From an uncultured Holophagales bacterium (lineage in GTDB: Bacteria > Acidobacteriota > Thermoanaerobaculia > Multivoradales > UBA5704), in assembly GCA_963842525.1 (NCBI GenBank), contig CAWJGT010000034.1, forward strand, positions 672,001 through 736,000: 64,000 nucleotides of DNA, given 5' to 3'. Position numbers and translations under genes: made by a program. Below the pieces are notes generated by a model that saw only the letters and a list, made by a program, of their open reading frames with translations, searched no databases and was not told where the DNA came from. Of this stretch, positions 22,301-64,000 are shown one piece after another; position 1 is the first letter of the stretch, and the number at the start of each line of letters is the position of its first letter.

Positions 22301-22443
22301 GAGAAGAAGGTGATGCACTCCACGCCGTCCCGCAGGTTGCGCCAGAAAGCTTCCGCGTCCGGCGATCCCGGGAAGCGGCAGGACAGGCCGATGATCGCGA
22401 TGTCCGTCTCCCGGAAGCGCTCGTCCGGCTCACGCTCAGCCAT
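7371..22443 (-). CDS. Gene C: hybrid PKS-NRPS, KS-AT-KR-ACP-(C-A-T)x3-TE, with frame breaks at about 15551, 14450 and 10969
   Basis: ATG 22443 with AGGAGG RBS (MAEREPDERFRETDIAIIGLSCRFPG), overlapping the upstream stop. Domain motifs are continuous across ORFs 15514-26634, 14316-15545, 10666-14418 and 7371-11057. Confidence 0.88.
7460..11470 (-). other. Module 15: C(LCL)-A-T-TE; substrate unresolved (code about DAVDLGSVTK)
   Basis: HHIVSDGWS; FDASAVQ, VLDLPAAL, CLTGGE, SSYGPTEATVT; T motif GGHSLL; TE GASFGG and GYHETL. Confidence 0.8.
11520..14680 (-). other. Module 14: C(LCL)-A-T; possibly an acidic residue (code about DARSLSQMTK)
   Basis: HHIVSDGWS; FDAAVRD, LLSVVPT, LLSGE, NQYGPTECTMT; GGHSLL. 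Confidence 0.75.
14740..17880 (-). other. Module 13: C-A-T; substrate uncertain, possibly basic (code about DIENAGGITK)
   Basis: HHIAGDDWS; FDISLED, VLNLPTA, VAVGGE, NGYGPTEAVIT; GGHSLL. Confidence 0.75.
17930..22443 (-). other. Module 12: cis-AT PKS KS-AT(malonyl)-KR-ACP
   Basis: KS triad QTACSTS / EAHGTGT / KSNIGHL; AT GHSIG and HAFHS; KR TGGLGGIG and GQVDYVAAN; ACP GGDSLL; no DH or ER. Confidence 0.9.
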
Positions 22444-25400
22444 CGATCTCCTCCTGTTTCTGTCTCGCGGCGCGTCGCTGTCTGCGCAGCTCCGCCTGCC
22501 GCCCGGCCGAGGCGAGACGGCTGACCGCAAGCTGCTCTCCCTGCTCCGCGGGAGAGGTCTCTTCCAGCCCTCCCACCAGATGGGCGGCCAGGGAACCGAG
22601 GGTCGGGTGGCGGAAGAAGTCGGCGATCGAGAGGTCGCCCGGGTAGAGCTCCCGGACCTTGCCGTGCGCGCGCAGCAGACGCAGGGAGTCGCCGCCCAGG
22701 TCGAAGAAGTTATCGTCCACGCCGACCTCGTCGAGCTGCAGCACCTCCCGCCAGACCGCCGCCAGCGCCCGTTCCACCTCGCTACGGGGCGGTACGAAGG
22801 TGGCGGCCGGCAGCGGCCGCTCCGATCCGGGGGTGGCAGGGCCCGGCGGTCCAGCTTGCCGCCCGGCGTCCGGGGCAGGCTCTCCAGAACCTCGAAGGCG
22901 GACGGCACCATGTGCCGCGGCAGGATCTCCAGGAGGAAGGACCGCAGATCACCAGGCTCGGGCCGCTCCCCCTGCCTGGGAACGACGTAGGCGATCAGGC
23001 GCGCGTCGCCGCGCCGCTCCTCCCAGGCGCGGACCGCGGCCTCCCCCACCGCGGGATGCCTGGCCAGCGCCGCTTCCACCTCGCCGGGCTCGATGCGGAA
23101 GCCGCGAACCTTCACCTGGTGATCGAGGCGGCCGAGGTAGTCGACCTCGCCGTCGGGCAGGTGCCGTGCCAGGTCCCCCGTCCGGTACAGCCGCCCGCCC
23201 GGCTCGAGAGCCCAGGGATTGGGGACAAACCGTTCCGCCGTGAGGTCCGGGCGGCCGAGATACCCTCGAGCGAGGCCGTCGCCGCCGACGACGACCTCGC
23301 CCGGCGTGCCGGGCGGGACCGGGCCCAGATTCGCGTCGGTCAGATAGACCCGCACGTTCGCCAGCGGCCGGCCGATCGGGACTGTGGCCCGGGCCCCGCC
23401 CCGCCGGCAGACCCGGAAGGTGGCGTCGATGGCGCACTCGGTCGGCCCGTAGAGGTTGCACAGCTCGGCTTCGAGATCGGCCAGGGCGCGGTCCAGCAGG
23501 TCGGCCGGGAGCACCTCGCCGCCGCAGAAGAGGCGGCGCAGCCCGAGCCCTGCGGTCGGCCGGTCGAGGAAGGGCCCGAGCATCGAGGGGACGAGTTGCA
23601 GGACCGTCACCCCCTGGTCGGCGATCGTCCGCGCCAGCAGCGAAGGATCCTGATGGGCGCCCGGGCTCGCCAGCACCAAGCGAGCCCCGGTGACGAGCGG
23701 TAGAAAAATTTCCCAGAGGGAGGCGTTGAACGCGAGGGGCGTCTTCTGCAGGACGGCGTCGCTCCCGGTCAGGGGGAACGCCTCCCGCATCCAGAGGACG
23801 CGGTTCGCGATGGCGCCGTGCGAGACCATGACGCCCTTGGGCCGGCCCGTCGACCCCGAGGTATAGATCACATAAGCCAAGTCGTGGGGGGAGATGCTAG
23901 CCGGCCCTGGAGGGAAGCTTTCGTCCGGTGGGGCCGCGTCCGGCGCCTCTTCCAGGCGCAGGACCTCGGCTCCGGTAGCCGGGAGCCGCTCGAGCAGCCT
24001 CTCCTGGACCAGCAGGACCGGGGCCCGGGTGTCGTCCAGGAGCAGCCTCAATCGTTCCCGCGGGGAGTCCGGATCGAGCGGCACGAAGGCACCCCCGGCC
24101 TCCAGGATGGCGAGCAGCCCCACCACCATCTCCGGCGAGCGCTCGGCGAGCAACCCCACTGCGACCTCCGGCCCCACGCCGAGCGCGCGGAGCCGGCGGG
24201 CGAGCCGGGCGGTCGCACGGCCGAGCTCCCGGTAGGTGAGCCGCTCGCCTCCGAAGACCAGGGCGACCGCATCCGGCGTGCGCTCCACCTGCCGGCGGAA
24301 CAGGTCGGGGAGACAGCGTTCCCGGAGAGATTCCTCCCGGCGATCGTTCCATTCGATCAGGATCTGGTGCCGCTCCGCTGCGGACAGGAGCGGGAACGCC
24401 TCCGGCCGGATATCGGGCCCTTCGACCAGGGCGCGCAGAGTGTGTAAATACCGGGCGCCGAGCGCGCGGACCTGAGCCTCGGGCAGGACCTGCGAGTCGT
24501 ACTCGAGGTGCAGGTCGAGGCGCGACGGGACGTCCTCGAGCATGAAGTGGACGGACATCGTGAAGCTCGCGCCCTCGGCTCCCCGGCCCCCGAGGACCTC
24601 GATCCGACCCGATTCCAGGAGAGGTCGGACGACGTGAAAATGGATGTAATTGAACGAGACCTCGAACAGCGGCCGCTCGCCCCGCCGCCGCTGCAGGGCC
24701 GCGAAGGGGTAGCGGCGGTGGGCCAGCAGCTCTCGTTCCGCCGCGAAGGTCCGCTCGACCAGGTCCTCACAGGTCCCCGCGTCCAGCCGCAGCCGGAACG
24801 GGAGCGTGTTGAGAAACAGCCCGCGGACCTGGTCGCCGCCGTCCTCCTCCGGCCTGCCGTTCGACACCAGCCCCGTGACCACGTCCGTGCGGCCGCTCAC
24901 CAGGCCCAGCACCTGGCAGTGCGCCGCGAGCAGGAGGCTCTTGAGCGGGACCGCCAGCCTGCGCGCGACAGCCGTGAGCCCGCGGAAGAGAAGGTCCGGG
25001 ATGGGTACGGTGACGTACCGCACGCGCGGGCCCTCCGCTACGCGGGATGAGAGGGGCCAGCGGGGCAACTCGGCGAGCGGGCTGTCGGCGAGGAGCCGGG
25101 CCCAGAACGCCTCGGCCTCGGCCGACGCCTGCGCCTGCCGCTCCAGGTGGACGAAATCGCGGTAGGTGAGCGCCGGGGGAGGCTCCTCCGGCCGCGGCTC
25201 GCCCGCGAGCAATGCGAAGTAGATCTCGCCGATCTCGGCCAGCGTGGAGTGCAGGCTCCAGCCGTCGGCGATGGCGTGGTTCTCGGTCAATGTGAGCTGG
25301 AAGGTCTCGTTCGAGCGCAGGGACACGTGAAGGCGCATCTGCGGCGGCCGCGCGAGATCAAAGAGCCGGGCCCGCTCACGGGCAATGCGCTTCTCGATCG

Positions 25401-28400
25401 CCCTCTCCTGCTCCTCCGGCGTCAGGTTCCGCAGATCCTCCACCTCGACGGGCATCGCCGCCTCCCGATGCACGAGTTGCAGCGGCTCGCTATAGCCCGT
25501 GAGGTCGAAGGAGGTGCGGAGCAGCGGATGGCGGGCGACCACCCGCCGCACCGCCTCCCGAAAAGGCTCCGCCTCGAACCTCCCCCGCAGGTGCCAACTG
25601 TCCACGTTGTGGTAGAGCGGGTCGCCAGCGGAGAGCGCCATGTGATAGAGCATCCCCGCCTGGAGCATCGCCAGAGGGTAGGCGTCCTCCACCTCCATGG
25701 GCAGCCGGGCCCGGTCTGCTGGAGAGGCGAGGGAGAACGGAGAGGTATGGCCCGCAGAGGCGTCGCACACCGGGCCGAGCCGGGCCCCGGCTGCCAGCTC
25801 GGCGCTCGTCTGGCGGCGGAACAGGTCGGCGAGCGTGACGTCCAGGCCCTGTTTCCGCGCCAGGGTCACCGCCCGGAGCCCCAGGATGGAGTCTCCTCCC
25901 AGGACGAAGAAATTATCCTGGACTCCCACCTCGCCGATCCCGAGAAGCTGTCCCCAGATCCCGCACAGCACCTCCTCGGCGGGGGTGCGCGGCGCGACGT
26001 AGCCCACTTCCAGGTCCGGCCGGCCGTCTCCCGGAGACGGGAGGGCACGGCGGTCCAGCTTGCCGTTGGGAGTCAGCGGCAGGGCGTCGAGCTCGACGAA
26101 GGCCGCCGGCACCATGTGCTCCGGCAGCCAGTGCCGGAGGTGCTCCCGCAGCGCCTCCACCCTCGGGGCCCGTCCCTCCACCCCCACGACATAGGCCACG
26201 AGGCGCTTGCCTCCCGCCCCGTCCTCCCGCGCCAGAACCACCGCCTCCCGCACGCCAGGATGGCGGGCGAGCATCGCTTCGATCTCCCCCAGCTCGATGC
26301 GGAACCCCCGCACCTTCACCTGATGGTCGATGCGGCCGAGGAACTCGACCTCCCCTGTGGGGAGGCAACGCGCCAGGTCGCCCGTCCTGTAGAGCCGCCC
26401 GCCGGGCCATCCGCCGCAGGGGTGGGGCACGAACCTCTCCGCCGTGCAGCTCCGGCCGTCCCAGGTAGCCCCGCGCCAGTCCCACGCCGCCGATGCAGAG
26501 CTCCCCGGCACTCCGATCGGCACCTCCCGGAACGCGGCGTCGAGGAGGTGGATCGCGAGGTTGGCGATGGGACGGCCGATCGGCACCGGCCGGTCGTGCT
26601 CTCCGCCGCGGCAGTCGTGGAACGACACGTCCACGGCCGCCTCGGTCGGGCCGTAGAGGTTGTGGAAGCTCTGCCGCGAGACGGGAATGGAAGCGCCGCT
26701 CCAGCTCGCGCGGCAGCGCCTCGCCGCTCGCCATCACCCGGCGCAGGGAACGGCAGCGCTCCAACCCCGGCGTATCCAGGAACGCCTGGAGCATCGAGGG
26801 GACGAAGTGCAGGACGGTGATCCCCTGCTCCTCGATCAGTTCGATGAGGTAGCCGTTGTCCCGGTGCCCTCCGGGGTGCGCCAGCACCAGCCGGGCGCCC
26901 GTCACCAAAGGCCAGAAGAACTCCCAGACCGAGACGTCGAAGCTGAACGGAGTCTTCTGCAGCACCCAGTCCGAGGCCGTAAGCCCGTACATTTCCTGCA
27001 TCCAGAGCAATCGGTTGCAGACCCCCCGGTGGGTGTTCATCGCTCCCTTCGGCTGCCCGGTCGAGCCGGAGGTGTAGATCACATAAACCAAGTCATCCGG
27101 CCCCACACCGGGCTCGGGAGGCTCCGCCTCCGCAGCAGTGTTTTCCTCCAAGCTCGCATCCAACACCATGAGCCGCCCTTCCACCACCGGCAGAAGGCCG
27201 ACCAGGTGCTGCTGCACCAGGACGACAGGCACCTGGCTGTCCTCCAGCAGGAAGGACAGCCGTTGTCGGGGGTATCCCGGGTCCAGAGGTACATAGGCAC
27301 CTCCCGATTTCGCGATCGCGAGCAGACCCACGACCAGCTCCAGCGAACGCTCGGCGCAGATCCCGACCCGGACCTCCGGCCCGACCCCCAGAACGTACAG
27401 CCGGCCGGCCAGGCGGCCAGCCAGTTGGTCGAGCTTCCGATACGACAGGGCCCGATCGTCGCAGGCGACCGCCACCGCATCTGGCGTGCGCCCCACCTGT
27501 GCCTGGACCAGCTCGTGCAAGCAACAGCCGGCCTCCGGGTAGTGCAATGCCGTATCGTTCCACTCCCGAAGCTGCTGGTGGTGCTCGGCCTCACCGAGCA
27601 ATGGCAGGTCCTCGATCCGGGTCTCCGGGGCGACGGCGATCCCTTCCAGCAACCGTGCGAAGTGCCCCAGCAGGCGATCGATCGTCGTCGCGTCGAGCAG
27701 ATCCGTGCTGTACTGGACCGATTCGACCAACCGGTTCCCAGCCTTCTCCATTGAGAGGGTGAGGTCGAACTGGGTGGTGCCGGTGTCCCTCGCGAAGGGC
27801 TGCATACGGAAGCGACCGCCAAACAGTGCACCGGCCTTGACCGGCGTGTTCTGCAGGACGAAGGCAACCTGGAAGAGCGGATTGTGGCTGAGGCTCCGCG
27901 CCAGCCCCATCTCGTCGACCAGCTTCTCGAAGGGGAGGTCCTGGTGGTCGTAGGCGCCGAGGGTTGCGTGAGCGGCCGTATCCAGCGCCTCGCGGAAGGT
28001 GGGGTTCCCCGCCAGATCGTTGCGCAGCACCAGGGTATTGACGAAGAGGCCGATCAGCGGCTCAAGCTCGGCGCGAGTGCGATTGGCGACGGGCGATCCG
28101 ACCACGATGCCGGTCTGGCCGCTATACCGGGCCAGCAGCACCTGGAAAGCCGTCAGCAGTGTGGTGAACAGCGTGGTCCCGGAGTCTCGGCCCAAGCGTT
28201 CAAGGGCCGCAGTGAGATCGGCGCCAAGCACCGCCTCACAAACGGCGCCGCGGAAGCTCTGGGCGGGAGGGCGCGGGCGGTCCGTCGGCAGCTCGAGGAG
28301 CTCGGGAATTCCGGCGAGCTGCCGGCGCCAGTAAGAGAGCTGGCCTTCGAGGACCTCACCCCGTAACCACTCGCGCTGCCAGACAGCGTAGTCCGAGTAC

Positions 28401-29043
28401 TGGACAGGGAGCTCCGATAACGGAGACGGGCGCCCGGCCGCGAAGGCATCGTAGAGGGTCCCCAACTCGTGTAGCAGGTTGGAGATGGACCAACCGTCGA
28501 AGATAGTGTGATGCATGGTGAAGAGTGAGATGTGGTCCCTGGTCCCCATCCACAGCAGGAGTGCCCGCGCCAGCGGGCACGTAGCCAGGTCGAACGGCTG
28601 CCGTGCCTCGTCTTGAGAGAGACTCCGGGCCTCCGCCTCGGCCGCTCTCCCGGGGAGACCTCGGAGGTCCACCAGAGTGAGCGCGAGGTCAGGGGCTGCG
28701 ACAATCACTTGTACCGGTTCGCCGTCCTCGACGGTTAAACGCGTCCGTAGCACCTCATGACGGCGTGCGACCTCGTGCAGGGCGCCAGCGAGCACGCCGG
28801 CGTCGAGAGCCCCATCGAGTCGCACGGCGAGAGGGATGTTGTAGGCCGCGCTTCCAGGCACCAGTCGATCGAGGAACCAGAGCCGCTGCTGGGCGAAAGA
28901 GAGGGGGGGAAGGCTCTGGCCGCTGTGGCGCGGGATCGTCTGCTCCGCCTCGTTATGGACGGCCTGATCGCTCAGCATCTTCAAGAGATGCTGGCGCTTC
29001 TCCGGAGAAAGTCTCCTCAGGAGCTCCGCACGTTCATCGGTCC

Positions 29044-29047
<4 letters not shown>
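22436..29047 (-). CDS. Gene B: two-module NRPS C-A(Ser)-T-C(modAA)-A(Gln-like)-T, with frame breaks at about 26667, 26503, 26446 and 22820
   Basis: ATG 29047 overlaps the gene A stop (ATGA). N-terminal docking-like helix. The real C-terminal T domain and tail are in ORF 22436-22777 (NFFDLGGDSL...RQKQEEIDG*), whose stop overlaps the gene C start. Confidence 0.85.
22570..25740 (-). other. Module 11: dehydrating-type C(modAA) - A (Gln-like, NAWQFGLIDK) - T
   Basis: PFSLASPADRARLP..EDAYPL..LQAGMLYH, ENHAIADGWS and FNYIHFH; A domain FNASLWE, LQLVPS, FCGGE, NLYGPTECAID. Confidence 0.78.
25780..28910 (-). other. Module 10: C(LCL)-A(Ser, DVWHMSLVDK)-T
   Basis: HHTIFDGWS; FDVSVWEFFWPL, LHFVPS, MASGE, NLYGPTEAAVD; GGDSIL. 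Confidence 0.85.

Positions 29048-64000
<34,953 letters not shown>

Noticed and set aside
15514-26634. Single 3706-aa NRPS-PKS fusion as in the ORF track
   Set aside because: The T domain of module 11 is in another frame with its own stop at 22436, and the KS gene has its own RBS and ATG at 22443. The fusion results from the frame break at about 22820.

Overview
High-GC bacterial window. About 57 kb (7371-64000, minus strand) is the 3' part of a very large hybrid NRPS-PKS cluster. After repairing about 16 single-base frame breaks it resolves into three genes with 15 visible modules: gene A (>35 kb, starts beyond the window, modules 1-9), gene B (modules 10-11) and gene C (PKS module 12, NRPS modules 13-15, TE). 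Hand-read A-domain codes predict ...Dab-D-Ala-D-Asn-Asn-D-Ser-Dhb-D-Asn-D-Gln-Asn-Dha-[Gln-like + malonyl, ketoreduced = statine-type]-X-X-X. Downstream lie a SyrP/TauD-type dioxygenase and two tandem GT2 glycosyltransferases, then a broken CmlA-type beta-hydroxylase remnant. At the left end are a non-coding array of 22 AAGCTT cores with a 20-bp period and a 101-bp higher-order unit next to a small unknown gene, a secreted S33/TAP-like peptidase, and the end of a DUF1778 antitoxin. Most frame breaks sit on GAGCTC/AGCT or TCGA, which points to modification-induced sequencing errors rather than decay. Domain boundaries are approximate, and substrate calls are manual Stachelhaus readings compared with codes recalled from the literature.
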